From assembly GCA_964187785.1 (NCBI GenBank), contig OZ076414.1, forward strand, positions 24,490,001 through 24,554,000: DNA of 64,000 nt, in the 5' to 3' direction. Shown in pieces: positions 35,829 through 48,365 of this stretch. This stretch comes from Amphiscolops sp. MND2022. Lineage: Eukaryota. The stretch's first letter is position 1. Every line of letters starts with the position of its first letter. Made by a program: the position numbers and the translations under genes. The notes under the pieces were generated by a model. That model ran no database searches. It saw nothing but the letters and a program-made list of their open reading frames with translations, and was not told where the DNA came from.

Positions 35829-37342
35829 ATATTACATGCAATCACTTCGACGTAGTATACTTCACCACATGTATCACACATCTAACCATTCAACCTACCA
35901 AACTATAGTTACAGGAACATCACGAAAGAAAAAATGAAAACTTTTCATTGATGACTGATACTCACTTAAACTACAACTACTACTCTACTCATACAACTAC
36001 AGAACTACAGAACTACAGAATTACCGGCAGAGAAACATTTTACTTTCTACCGAGACAGCTGAGCGGAAAGTAAATACATGTAACGCTGCCGCGACCACTA
36101 CATCACTACAACCGAGTATTATAAGTTCATGCAATCAACATGAAAATCAACCACTAATTTATGCAATTCACGTGAAACACTAGCCAAGTTCAATAAAAGG
36201 GATTGCTTCGCAATTCTGACAGAGACAAGCAGGGGTCTTCCAAACAATCCTTAGAAACAAACACTCCGCATCATGAAATATAAATTATCGAGCGGCTTCG
36301 CTAAGGTTATAATGTATACACCTAAACCACACCCACAGGCTAAAACTTCATAGTGTTGGCTGTGTGGGTGCGTCGTCAAAAGCGTATCTGTGTGGTTGGA
36401 TGAAGCTTGCTGCGTGAAAAACAGCGGCACGTTGAGTCTAAGTTAGTTTTGTGAAGGTTTTGTGACAATAAATTTTTTCACCAGTAACCGTAACTTAAAA
36501 CAAAAAAGAAAGGACAGTAAAAAGCAGTCGTCACCCCTGTTTGACCTGTAAATCATGAACTCTTTGTCTTACTTACAATTCGTAGGCTTCGCGACAGAAA
36601 GTGTAAGAAAGGAAAGGACACGTCTACAGTTGAACCACCTCCAAGAACTAAATACTGAATGGATGACATGCACCAACCCTTGATAAAGTAACAATACACA
36701 CCAATGGACATGAGGATACTCATCTCCATTAGCTACCACCTAATCGTGACATACATTACGAATGATGACGTCGTGAGACTCACATCAACGAAAATGAAGT
36801 CACTACCCGAATGAACAACATGAACTGCGGGACCTGTACTACATTCCGACTCTGACAAGGAATAACTGGGCAACTACAACAGTACACAGTCAAATGTAAA
36901 CAAACACCGAAATGAAAGACCAACTTGGACACGACTTTGTTGAGCTAACACGCTGAAGAAAAACAAAAAGATTGAGATATCTAGGTTTTTTTTTCCTGCA
37001 GTCTAGTATTTCTCACAAACAGAACCGTCCGAACAAGAACGATATAAACAAGAAAAAATCTGCAAAAACGGATACAATGAATAAGACACCGCATACAATA
37101 TTGCACTTCAGAGCATGTAAAATGTATCAAAGAGAAATCCAAACATTTAAACAAGGAAAAATGCAACGGAAAAAGCTCCAGTTCAAATTCGTAAATCAAA
37201 ACACAAAAATGACCACAAATACAAAGTTCAGTACATCGGACGAACTAGTGGCGAAATTTCCTCGACGACTCCCAGACGTCGTCGGCTCATCATCATCACC
37301 TGAATTCTTCACATCAGCCAGACATAAACTCTTTGGGCGACT

Positions 37343-40300
37343 TTATCTCCCTCCCGTCTTTTTGCTTCTTCTATTGCGCCCAGAGCCTTTAACACTTTGT
37401 GCTTGTTTTGACACTGTAGTGCTGGCTCGGCCTCTATTTTTGGCTGTGATAGAGACATGTCGACGTCCGATTGCAAACACAGCCCCTTTCTTGCTTTCTT
37501 TATTCCTGCTTGACTGATCTTTGGACTGATCAAAGTCCGGTTTATGGCCCTCACGGGACTTGTCGCTACCGCCTCGAGCATGTCCAGTTGCTCCAGAACG
37601 GTACTCATCAATGATAGGCGTAGTAGGCTCTACCACATCGGAGCTAACGTCTCAGTCAGTCCGTATTTCAGCAACTGGTCTCAGGGTTCGGACTGCACCT
37701 CATCTGTTGGTTTTGAAACTTGCATATCAGTGCCTTCGCAAACTTACGAAGCAAACCCCTCAACGACTGCCGGGTATGACCGTAGAATTGTTCACGTACC
37801 CAGCTTCTCACAAAATGCACACTTGAGTGTAGGACATACCGCTCATTGCGGTGACACCGACGTCCACAAAGTTAGCATCGTAGGTGCTCACAAGGCAAAT
37901 ACCACACACTAGTTCCAACACTTCACGTATTTCCGCACACCGATCCCAGCAGGGATACGACAGCCAAAGCGAAATGACGTCCTCTACTCCAGAGCCTGTC
38001 TCCCTGGTTCCTGCCCATCGCTTCCTGAAGAACTGAGTTACCTCCCTGTGCTGCCGTTGAATGACTCCGCCGTTGTTGTTCGCAATAATGCCGTATGTTG
38101 TTAACACGGCACAGGTAGCAACCAATGAGTCGACTCGTAGGTCGTCGGACCCACTCTGAATCTGGACAGGGTCAAACAGTGTAAAGCTCTTGTGAGGTAT
38201 CCAATTGTGGTGAAATTGCGTCACAACCTCTCGGCAAACGCTCGTCAGCAAATTGTGGACAGCACGATAAAAGTACGGCAAATTGCCACTTACATCGAAT
38301 CGAAAATACTGCCCGAATTTTAGCTGGTACTGATCTTGGTTGACTGCCACTATCTCACAGGTAATCAGTTGCAACAAGGTAGGGATGTCAAAACTCGCCG
38401 GTACTGAATTGGCAGGATACAAAGATTCTGCCATCGAACGGATAAGCAGTGCCAACTCTCGCTCGACACACAGTTGTTGGTCACGCCGCATTCCACACAA
38501 ACGAGGACAAGCTTCGACTACTGAAACACAAGCAACATCAACGTTAGTTCAGGACGGTAATGAACGAAAGCCGCACATGTAACAGCGTTCAAACGCTAGA
38601 TCCAACGATCCTTCAACAGCTAATCCAAAGCCAATTTTTTTTGCCCCCCCCTTAGAAAATACACAACTAAAACGTCAAAACTACTTACCACGATCAAGAA
38701 TGAAAGGCAGGACGGCAAAGCGGGGACCGACTAGGGCATCATCGAACACTTGCGTCTCAATCTGTGCAACCACGCGCAACTCATATGTAACCGTTGAACG
38801 ATTGCTCCCAAAGTAGACAGATAGGTCGCCCCAGTGTTCAACCACTTCAGCACACAAAGTAGCCAGATGCTGCACGTGTGATTCTCCGTACTGCACATAC
38901 TGAAACGACAAGAACTCACACACGTTATTATTGAACAATAACTTTAGCTAAAATCATCGAGACATATTCCCCACACTACACAAACTCAAAAAAGCTCTAA
39001 ACCCTCCTTCCAAAAAGAACAAACAACAAGCCGAGAATGGCCAAAGTCGGCGTAATATCTAATTCTCAAAAAATAAAAGGGGGACCCTTCGGGCTTTGTG
39101 AAACTCCAGCTGGTTGCAAAACAATTTTAAAAATTGAAAGGGTGACCCTTTGGAGACATGAAAAATTTTCCAAAAAAAATTTTTAAATGAGATTTTTGAA
39201 CAGTGTCACAGTGCCAAAAAATGTAAAAGGGGGGACCCTTTGCAAATTTTTGACATCCATTGTGTTGCAAAATATCGAAACACATGAAGGGGGACTCTCT
39301 GGTGCAATCCAAAAAACTTCAAAAAAAAGTCGCATAGTGCCGAAAAAAAATGGGGCTAAGGTGGGATCTTTAGTGTGCTTTCGAGGTTGTGGACGTCTGT
39401 TTTGTTTTTCTTTTCGTTTTGGACGCGCTTCTGAGGTTGGAGTTGTTGAGGTTTGAAGTTGTTGAGGTTTGAGATTGTTGAACAAATGAACAAAAAAGTG
39501 GACCTTACATGTCTAAAAAAACTACCCACTGTAATAGTCGGGCACATTTTCTACTAAAATGCGCCGACTAAAGAACACGGCCAATGGTAGGACATCATGG
39601 ATGCTATATGGTCTATACTAACACAGTTAAGGCAGATAAGGCAAACGATCGAGAGCGGGGTCCCGAATCACGAACCGAAGCCGGTACCGCAAGTATTCGA
39701 GAATCCCAAATGGCTCGAGTCCTGCAACACTGCTCAGGAATTCTTTCTTCAGACAGTCCAGGATCGTCTCACATGTGAAAACACCCAACACAACATGACT
39801 ACGAGGGGATGCAGCGATGGCCACGGCATGGCCCACGCGACTCGCACCTTCCACTGCAACTGCCCCTAAACGGCTCACTTCCTGCCGGCAAAGAAGAACA
39901 GGAATCAGTGTCTGAATGAGAGCGTTCTCCAACTTGCTTTCCCCGTCCACGACTGCTAAAACTGTCGACCTGACCACTTTGTCACTGATGAGGTTGCTCT
40001 CACAGTGCCACTGATAGCCAGTCCGACAAACAATCACGTAGAAAGCCCTGCAAGATCTGATGGCATCATCCAGCTGTTCAACGACAAATGATTACAAACC
40101 ATAGAGTACCAGGACCTGAAAAAAGACACAACAATGCCACCTATGCAAAAGCCACACTAGCAAAGACAACTCCACCCAACACCCAATGACGCTACACCTA
40201 TCCCAGCTAACAGGCAAATCCGTAAACAGAAAAACAATGGCAAAAAACAATAATCAACCCCCACTAAAATGACATTACATAACACTGGGCATACGTCAAA

Positions 40301-42019
40301 GTTCGAGACTCCAACTGCATCTCGGACCGCAAGCAGTTACTCCAGGAATCCAAACTGCGGATTACTCCTTCAAAGTCTGCCTGATTGAAGTAACATACGA
40401 TGATGTCACAAAGCCACAGGAACTGTGACCCAGCGATTGACAGTTGAGGACGGAGATCACTCGCCATCTCCTCTTCCTCTATCGGAATCCTCATTTCCAC
40501 CGAAAGGCACAGCGTCTATTCTAAACACACGGGAGGCTCAGACATACTCTCCTTGCGGATCCTGCGATCTTCGGCGGCACTCACAAGGCGACAAAATTTG
40601 TCGAGCAGACGTCGTTGTATTATGCTCCTATATTTCTGCTCGATCCAGGTGTACCCTGTTCTCTTCCAATGATCCCACAGGGACGATAGACTACGACCAG
40701 CGATACTCAAGTGGACGCGGCACAACAAGCACCGCGCAAATCCATCTACTACGCGCTTGTGACGCGGGAAACCGACAAATGTTCAGACAATGCCGGAGAC
40801 GAAGTGGGACGGCTTCAAAATTTATGCCTTTCGACATCGTTCTATAACACAAACACAACAACTAGTATGATAAGCTCACGACAAGGAGTACACATAACAA
40901 TACTAGACACTACAATGATCAGTGATGCAACCAACCGTCAGGGACACAGTTCGTTAAAACCACCAAAAAAATTCGAAAAAACCTTACGTAGGTTTATTAC
41001 CCACCGACTATAGTGAAAACGTAGCCCCAGCTAGGCCTAACTTAGTTTAAACCGTACCACTAAAACCCCTTACATGGTCTAATGAGTTCTTACCAGGTCT
41101 TGACGAACCACCACCACCAACTGCAACAGACGCTGTAGACCCGCCCAGAGTCCCGAGCCGATCCAGACGAGCGTCAACAGTAGCATTCACCAGGCCAGAC
41201 ATTTCGTTAGACAAATGAGTGACGACAGCTTCCAAATTTTCCACAGTTGCTAGTCGATCACGCGACACTCTCATACAGAAACCACACATTACCCCAACCG
41301 GGACTCAGCCTATCTACACGGGATTGGCAACAACGACGCTGCTGCCTCCACAGCATGCGTCCAAATACAGAACGCCCCACGACTGTCGAAGATACTCAAA
41401 TACAGTAACTACTATATACCTGTTTGCCTTATTAGAAAGGCCTCCAACTGCTCTCTCAATTTTGGTACAGCGGCTGACGACGTTCCTGACACATCATCAG
41501 TCCGACCGACCAACCGTCGCAGTGCGGCCACAACGTCTTCTCAGTTCAAATTTTCTGCAACACAACACCAAGAAATATACTTATGGCAGATTACTCCAAA
41601 CGAGCATGTGTTTTCCCGGAAAGTACATCAGATTAGAACGACACCGAACCGCATCCGTCTTAAACAACTAAGAAATTATGTGCAACGCTCGACAAATTAA
41701 AATGAGGAAGACTCACAGAGAAAAACACTACAGAAGTAAGGCAAAAGAAAATGAGAAGTCATAATGGATACTACTTACGGAACTCATCAGTCAGTACCAA
41801 TTCCAGGAAGGTGTTGAACGTTTCTGAACGGACCGAAGGAAACAGTCCTGCAAAACGACAACACGTAGGAACCACGGCTACATCAGTCGACCCAGCTTCT
41901 ACCTCGCCAGTAAGGTCCGCTTCCTCTGAAGATAACACCCCAACTTCCTCAACTGGATCCCCTACGATTGACAAAACAATGGCGACGATCTCTTCGTCTG
42001 AAGGATTGATTGCAGACAT
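37343..42019 (-). pseudogene. Antisense multi-exon cargo gene of element C, distant homolog of the A/B cargo
   Basis: Finger CLLCRVHLSIAGRSLSSLWDHWKRTGY (~40730-40650). ILEYLRYRLR..LDRLPYL matches ILDFLLMKLR..LQNLPIL. FDP and DVISLWL..EIREVLELVCGICL match the last exon. GT..AG introns at equivalent positions and phases. Confidence 0.72.
39022..39572 (+). mobile_element. Helentron-like element inserted in an intron of the C cargo gene
   Basis: Starts AACAAGCCGAGAATGGCCAAAGTCGGCG, ends TAGTCGGGCACATTTTCTACTAAAATGCGCCGACTAAA; GGGGGACCCTT internal repeats. Confidence 0.75.
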
Positions 42020-42597
42020 CAATAAACAAAGACACAAAACTCTGAAATTAATAGTAAAATAATAACTGTGTTGAAGTGTACAATTGCAATATACCAAGAT
42101 TCAACGCCCCTTACAATGATCTCGTGGACTGATCAGCCTCCTTATCTACGATAAAGGGGCATCTACCCGTTACAAAAACTGTCAAAGTTCTGAGAACTTC
42201 ACTCATTCAGCTACCCCAATTCCAAACAACGCCCGCGTTCAAAGTGTATTCATATCTAATGCTCTACTTCGAATAATCCGAACAACAAACATTCGTTGCC
42301 ACGAAGCTTTATTTCCGGTTCATTCAACCTTACTGCAAACTCTCTTTCTACTAACTCAGCGCACGATTGGATGGCGTGGCTATTGACGTCACGATGACAG
42401 AATAAATACTTCAACTGACTCAAATCAGAAAGTAAAGCAATGCCTCCGCGCATCACTCTCATTGATAACTACACCATTCGTATTAGCGCATTCACGCCTT
42501 CTGCTAACTACGAAAACCACATACTTGACGTTTCCGCCTCAACAACTTGTTTCTCCAGCTAATACCTCACATACCCCTATGCTCCACTCTTTCCTTC

Positions 42598-42609
42598 AAG
42601 GACGGGAGG
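42598..42609 (+). promoter_or_regulatory. Polypurine tract of element C
   Basis: AAGGACGGGAGG immediately before TGTCATG at 42610. Confidence 0.6.
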
Positions 42610-43917
42610 TGTCATGCCAGAAGCATGATTAGTATAATGGAAATACACTGATGTTGGCGAAAAGACAACACCAATCAGCATTACCTGCGGAAAATGCAAC
42701 TAAATGGGAAAAAGACACAGTTGATCACCCCCCACCACATGGACAACACTTCATCAGAAGTAGTTACTAACAAGCTTAACAACAACGTTGTCTACCGTAC
42801 TACATCACGCCGACCACGACGCTACCAAGAAATTGGAATACCGGAGATTTAATTGCAACACTGTCAATTATACTACATCAAATATGATGGATGGCTAATA
42901 CAGAGTAGAATTGACAGCAATGCTGGCAGTCAAATTGCATGTCAAAGCAATCGAGAAGATGCACCTAAACATTTTGAACTTAAACCCACCAAATAACACA
43001 CATAGTTAAATGCAATAATCTATACAAGATCATTCAATATTTATGAACTACTACTGCGTGAGGACGGGCCTATCCCATCATTACCATTATCCAAAGTGGA
43101 GTCATTTTGTAAAATAAGTATCGTTCATACCAAAACGTTCATCATATACCATGGAAGAGTGCTTAAAACACACTTAGCTTGTCATTAGTGATTCAAATTT
43201 ATTCCACGTAATGACGTTCATACACCATCATCGTAATACCATTTCACTTATTCAAATTACGCTGTAACAGCAGTTGATGGTTCATGTAACTATAGCAACA
43301 TACTAGCTTTTTATTACACAACGAACACTCAATTGCGCAATTACTTGTATGACGCGCCAATTAACACCTACCCAAGAGTGCAGTGCTATTGGTCATCTCA
43401 GTCACGTGACGTTTTCACGTGACCAGCTTTGGTGAAGTTGGTAGGTGTTGAAATACAGCCATTACATTTTTGGTATACTCTAACGTAACGTTGCTTACTA
43501 CATCAGTATTATACTGCGAGATACACATTTTTCGAAAACATTACAATACTTATATTTCAAACTTAATTCAAATCTTAAAACGATCAGTTGTACTTATTGT
43601 AAAAACTTGATCCCAGAATACAAGAATTGAAACTACCGATACTGCTAGAATGGAAGGATACGGTGACAACGAAAGCGAAAGTAGCTTTCCAGAGGTACTT
43701 TCTAGAGACCAAATAAATGATTTCGCTAGAGGTGATTTACGCGGTCGCAGAACCGACTCCGGACAAAATATGGTTGACCAAAGGTTCTCAGAAATGAATA
43801 AACAGATCCGTGATCTAACTAGCCTAGTGCTAGTGTTGACAGAAAAGTTATCCTCTACCAAAAGAGAAGGGAACGGACTACTAACTGCATCTAATGCACA
43901 TGAGACCCGTTCAGACA
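42610..43917 (+). repeat. 3' LTR of element C
   Basis: TG..CA termini (TGTCATG...TCAGACA); homologous to 30662-31816, including the gag N-terminal ORF remnant. Confidence 0.8.
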
Positions 43918-44389
43918 GAAACTTCGATGGAAGTTTCATCCATTTTCTGAATTTCCTGGTGGGTGTTGCATTACACAATTCATAATTGAATTCATTTTCA
44001 ACATTTAAGACAAAATCTAGGTTCAAAATTTAAACCTCTAAACGTACTTTTAAAGCAGAAATCAAACTTTTGGCAATTTTGACACAGATGTTTAACATTC
44101 AATCACTGCCAGCTCAAGTTTATTGGTGTATGATAGAGAAAAGTATTCGTTGCTTTTGATTTTGTGCTCAATTGTCTGACTAAAGTTTTGTTTCTGCTAG
44201 TACACGCTTCTCTTCCACATACAAACCATAGCTTGGATCGAATCACAAGCAGTACAAAAAATTTTTCTTGGTTCTATTGGAAACCCAAAGGTACTGATGT
44301 AAACCTCTGGGCTAGTGCATATATCCAATATTAACGCATGTGCATCAACCAAAACACTTTTGTTTAGCATCTCACCTCATCAGATTCCT

Positions 44390-44535
44390 AAAACTTTTTT
44401 TCCGAGCGCGAAAGGCACCCTTTGGGTGTTTCGACACTTGAGAGTTTAATAAAAAAATAAAAAACTGCAGAGTTTAAAATCATTTTTTTATTAGAGCCTC
44501 AATTGGGGCGCCGACTGAGACGTTCCTGTCTTGTT
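44390..44535 (-). mobile_element. Helentron-like element end fragment
   Basis: GCGCCGACTGAGACGTTCCTGTCTTGTT terminus, as at 24331-24359. Confidence 0.5.
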
Positions 44536-44875
44536 TCTCATGGGCCCAATACTGGTTGAAAGTCACGAATGATAAACCCTTGTGCTATTGTTTCAACCCA
44601 AACGGTATTTCAATCAACCTGAACTAAGTGCAATTGCTACCTCAGAGCTGCAAAAAATGACTCGACTTAAATTTTGCAAGAAAGTTGTTTTACTTTTTCA
44701 CTGACCAGAAAACAATAGTTACAGACTCTGAGTAAAAGACTGGTTGGTTCAAAGTTCATGCAACCCTCCAAAAAAGTGCCTTATATATCTTCAAGTTGCC
44801 TCGATTACTAAGGAAAGGATTTCAGGTTCAATCATTAAATTATTGCAGCCAGTGCAATTTATATATTCAACAGTT

Positions 44876-47800
44876 CTACATTAGGACAGCCTTGTTGCAG
44901 ATTTGGGGCACTTCGTCAGAGCCATCGGGACAATGTTTGACGTGGTCACAAAGTGCAGTTGTGGGCAGGCAGCGGGTTCCATCCACACACCAGAACTCGC
45001 CCACTCGACAAGGGTTCTCAGGCACGTCCAGCTCTCGGTTGCAGATGAGCTCGTCCGAGAAATCCCCGCAGTCTCGCACCCCGTCACAGCAGGCAGAGAT
45101 AGTGACGCATTGGTACGAGTGGGTGCACATGAACTGTTGGGCGGGGCATGTGGTCTCAATCTGCGGGGGAGGCAGTTCGCAGTTGAACTCGTCGCTGCCG
45201 TCGAAGCAATTTTTGTGCCCGTCGCACACTTGGCTCCAGCGCAGACAGCGAGAGTCGTCAGGACACATGAAGCCCTTGCACTGGTCGATCACAGTGCAGA
45301 AGCGGCCCTCGTCAGCTCCATCGGCACAATCGAACCTGTCGTCGCACAACTGGTACAGTTTCACACAAGACCCATCAGTGCACATGAATTCGTCAGTGTC
45401 ACAACTCGGCGCAGCGGGAACTTTCTTGGGCTTGCAGAAGTCGGCTTCGTCTTCTCCCTTTCGGCAGTTCCATACTCCGTCGCACACGAAGCGGTAGTTG
45501 ATGCATTTGCCGTTGTCGCACATGAACTCGTTCCTGTCGCATCTGGGTGCTTTGGGGCGGGGTCCTTCGGTTGGGCAGAAAGATCCTTCGTCCTCACCGT
45601 GTCTGCAGTTTTTGTAGCCATCGCAAACTTCCTTTTCGGGAATGCAAGACCCATCTGCACACGTGAATTCACCAAGAAGGCAATCGGGTTTAGGCTCAGG
45701 TGGAGGAGGAATCGGCTCACAGAAGTCACCCTCGTCGTTACCTAAAATAGTGAATTGAATCGAATTGCGTACGAATTGAAAAGCAATTTGTGCATGATCC
45801 AATAATAACGAAATTTATACGCTAACCATCTTTGCATTGCCAGACACCATCGCACACAAAAACTTTGGGAATGCAAGATCCGTCGGTGCACACGAACTGA
45901 TCAGCCGCACAGATTCTAGGGGGAGGAACAGGGGCGTAGGTTGGGCAGAAGTCACCTTCGTCTTCTCCCTCTATGCAGTTAGCTTTTCCGTCGCACACCT
46001 TAGCATGGGAGATGCAACTTCCATCGATGCAAGTGAATTCGTCGGCAGTACATCTGGGTTTCGGGGGCTTTCTGGTAGCCATGGGTTCACAGAACGATTC
46101 CTCGTCTTCCCCGTTTTGGCAATCCCATCTTCCGTTGCACACGTGGGTGTTGGGAATACAGCTTCCGTCGTTGCACAAGAAATGATCCACATCGCACAGA
46201 GGAGCAGGGATGGGAGAAGGGGCTGTGGGACAGTAGGATCCCTCGTCTTCACCCATTTCGCAATGCCATCGTCCGTCACACACGAAGATCTGTTGGATGC
46301 AGCTTCCATCAGAGCATGTGAACTCGTTGTTCCGACAAGGCAGAGGGGCGGCTGGAGCGGGAGGAGTTCGGCAGAAGCTGGCTTCGTCCTCTCCCTTCTT
46401 GCAGTTCCACTTGCCGTCGCACAACCAGGTCTGGGGAATACAGGCTCCATCAGAAACGCACATGAATTCGTTGGTAGCACAAGTAGGGGGTCCAGGAATG
46501 GGTGCTGGAGTGGGACAGAACTCGCCTTCGTCCTCGCCGTTGCGGCAATCGTGGTTTCCGTCACAGACCAGGTTCAGTGAGATACAGGACATGTCAGCAC
46601 AAACGAACTCGTCGGCTCCACACTTGGGTCCTGGAGGGGGTGGGGGAGGTTCGGTGACGCAAAAGTCAGCTTCGTCCTCGCCGTTGGAGCAGTGCTTGAT
46701 TCCGTCACACACCAAAGTCACAGGGATGCAGGATGAGTCCGAACACCGGAAGTCGTTTGCTCCGCAGATGGGCGCTGGAGGAGCGACCATCTCAGTGGGG
46801 CAGAAAGCACCTTCGTCCTCGCCACCAGCGCAGTTGTGCTCACCGTTGCAAAGGTTTTTCAGGAGGATGCACTTGCCGTCGTTGCACCTGAATTCATCCG
46901 TGTTGCACTTTTTGGGAGGTTCCGGTTTGGGAGGGGTACAGAAAGCAGCCTCGTCCTCGCCATAGATGCAGTTCCATTTTCCATCGCATACGCAAGAAAC
47001 TGGTACGCATTTTCCGTCAGTACAGGTGAATTCATCGGTGGTATCGCATTGGTGGGCGGGCAGAGGCGGCAGGGGCTCTGGACAGAAGATACCTTCATCC
47101 TCGCCGTTTTTGCAGTTCCATTTTCCATCGCAGACCTTCTCGGTGTCCAGGCAAAGACCGTCGACGCAAATGAATTCGTCGTGCATGCATTTGGGTTTCG
47201 TAACATGGATAGGCTCGGGCACATCGCAGAAACTTCCTTCGTCCTCGCCTCTGGGACACTGCTCCATTCCATCGCAAATGCAGTGTTCGGGGATGCAAGT
47301 TCCGTCATTGCAGTGGAAGTCGGTCAGAGAACAGTCTTCAGGCAGCCGCAGAGGGGGGTTGATGGGGCAGAAGGTGCCCTCATCTTCACCTCGGGTGCAA
47401 TCAGATCTAAAACGCATTCAGTGTAGTTAATAAACACATTCAGTGTAGCTAATGATAAAGTTAAGCTGAGGTAACTTTTCAGAGCCATTTTCTGCATCGG
47501 CAACTGGTTCAAAAGTTCAAACCCAGTAATGAAAGAACTTACTTATGGTCACAAACAAGTTTGATGTCGATGCATGTGGTATCCCCACAGTTGAATTCAC
47601 CAGGCTGGCATTTGGGAACTTCCACGGGAGCCTTGGTAGCACAGAAGTATCCCTCATCTTCGCCATTAGCGCAATCATGTCTTCCGTTGCATACAAAAAA
47701 CGCGTCCAAGCATGTTCCGTCGTTGCACGAGAACTGGTTGTAGGCACAGGGCGCATCAGTCACGGGCCCAGGGGTTGTGGGACATCCGAGTTCATCAGAT

Positions 47801-48365
47801 CCATCTGAGCAGTCCTGGGCGTTGTCACAGACCCTCCAATCGGCAATGCAGGTGTCGTCGTGGGTGCACTTGAACCCGTCACAAGGGGGAGGCGTCTGAA
47901 CTGGACAGTCGGCTTCGTCACTTCCGTCCGCACATTGTTTCACTCCGTCGCAACCGGTTCCAGCAACGCATTGACCTAAACCAAAGTTTACCATGTTATA
48001 CATTCCATGTTGAATGTCGACAATTGCGCTCAAGGTTACCAACCGTTGGCGCAGATGAAGTCATTGGGTCCACAGATGTCGGCGGGCACTTCTGGCTGTC
48101 CGCACGTGTCTTCGTCGCTCGAGTCTTGGCAGTCGACAATCTTGTCACACTCGAAGCGAGCAGGAATGCAACCCCCGTCGCGGCAAGTGAATTGGTGCTT
48201 CCCACATTGTCTACTGCACTCAATGCCTGAAAGATGAAAGACGGTTCAGTTTTTGCAACTTCGTGAACTAAATGACATCCTATTCAGTTGATGAATGATG
48301 AACTTACCAATGATGACACTTATAAGCAGAAGCAACAACTTCGGATCTATCCGAATGTTTCTCAT
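44876..48365 (-). CDS. Secreted protein of ~1039 aa composed of 22 LDL-receptor class A (LDLa) repeats with Pro-rich linkers; 5 exons
   Basis: Exons 48365-48308, 48226-48044, 47975-47543, 47406-45827 and 45741-44876 (3120 nt, phases 1,1,2,1, all GT..AG, no stops). Signal-peptide-like MRNIRIDPKLLLLLISVIIGIEC; six-Cys repeats ending D/E-x-D-E; no TM, EGF or YWTD segments. Confidence 0.92.

Larger units (their letters stand above)
30662..43917 (+). mobile_element. Ty3/Gypsy element C (~13.3 kb, defective), second family carrying the antisense cargo
   Basis: Two homologous LTRs, PBS, gag with two zinc knuckles, PR-RT, IN tail, cargo gene and PPT. Confidence 0.9.

Noticed and set aside
36972-37912. 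Plus-strand ORFs 36972-37517 and 37544-37912
   Set aside because: Low-complexity, and largely antisense to the final exon region of the C cargo; no recognisable motif.
41751-42062. Plus-strand ORF MRSHNGYYLRN as an ORFX equivalent in element C
   Set aside because: No similarity to ORFX; it overlaps the predicted first antisense exon (ATG 42019, GTAAGT donor at 41778), which explains the open frame.
44796-47430. Long plus-strand ORFs (44796-45497, 44903-45745, 45837-46580, 46297-46965, 46836-47426 and others)
   Set aside because: Antisense shadows of the repetitive Cys/Asp-rich LDLa coding strand; no independent domain signal.
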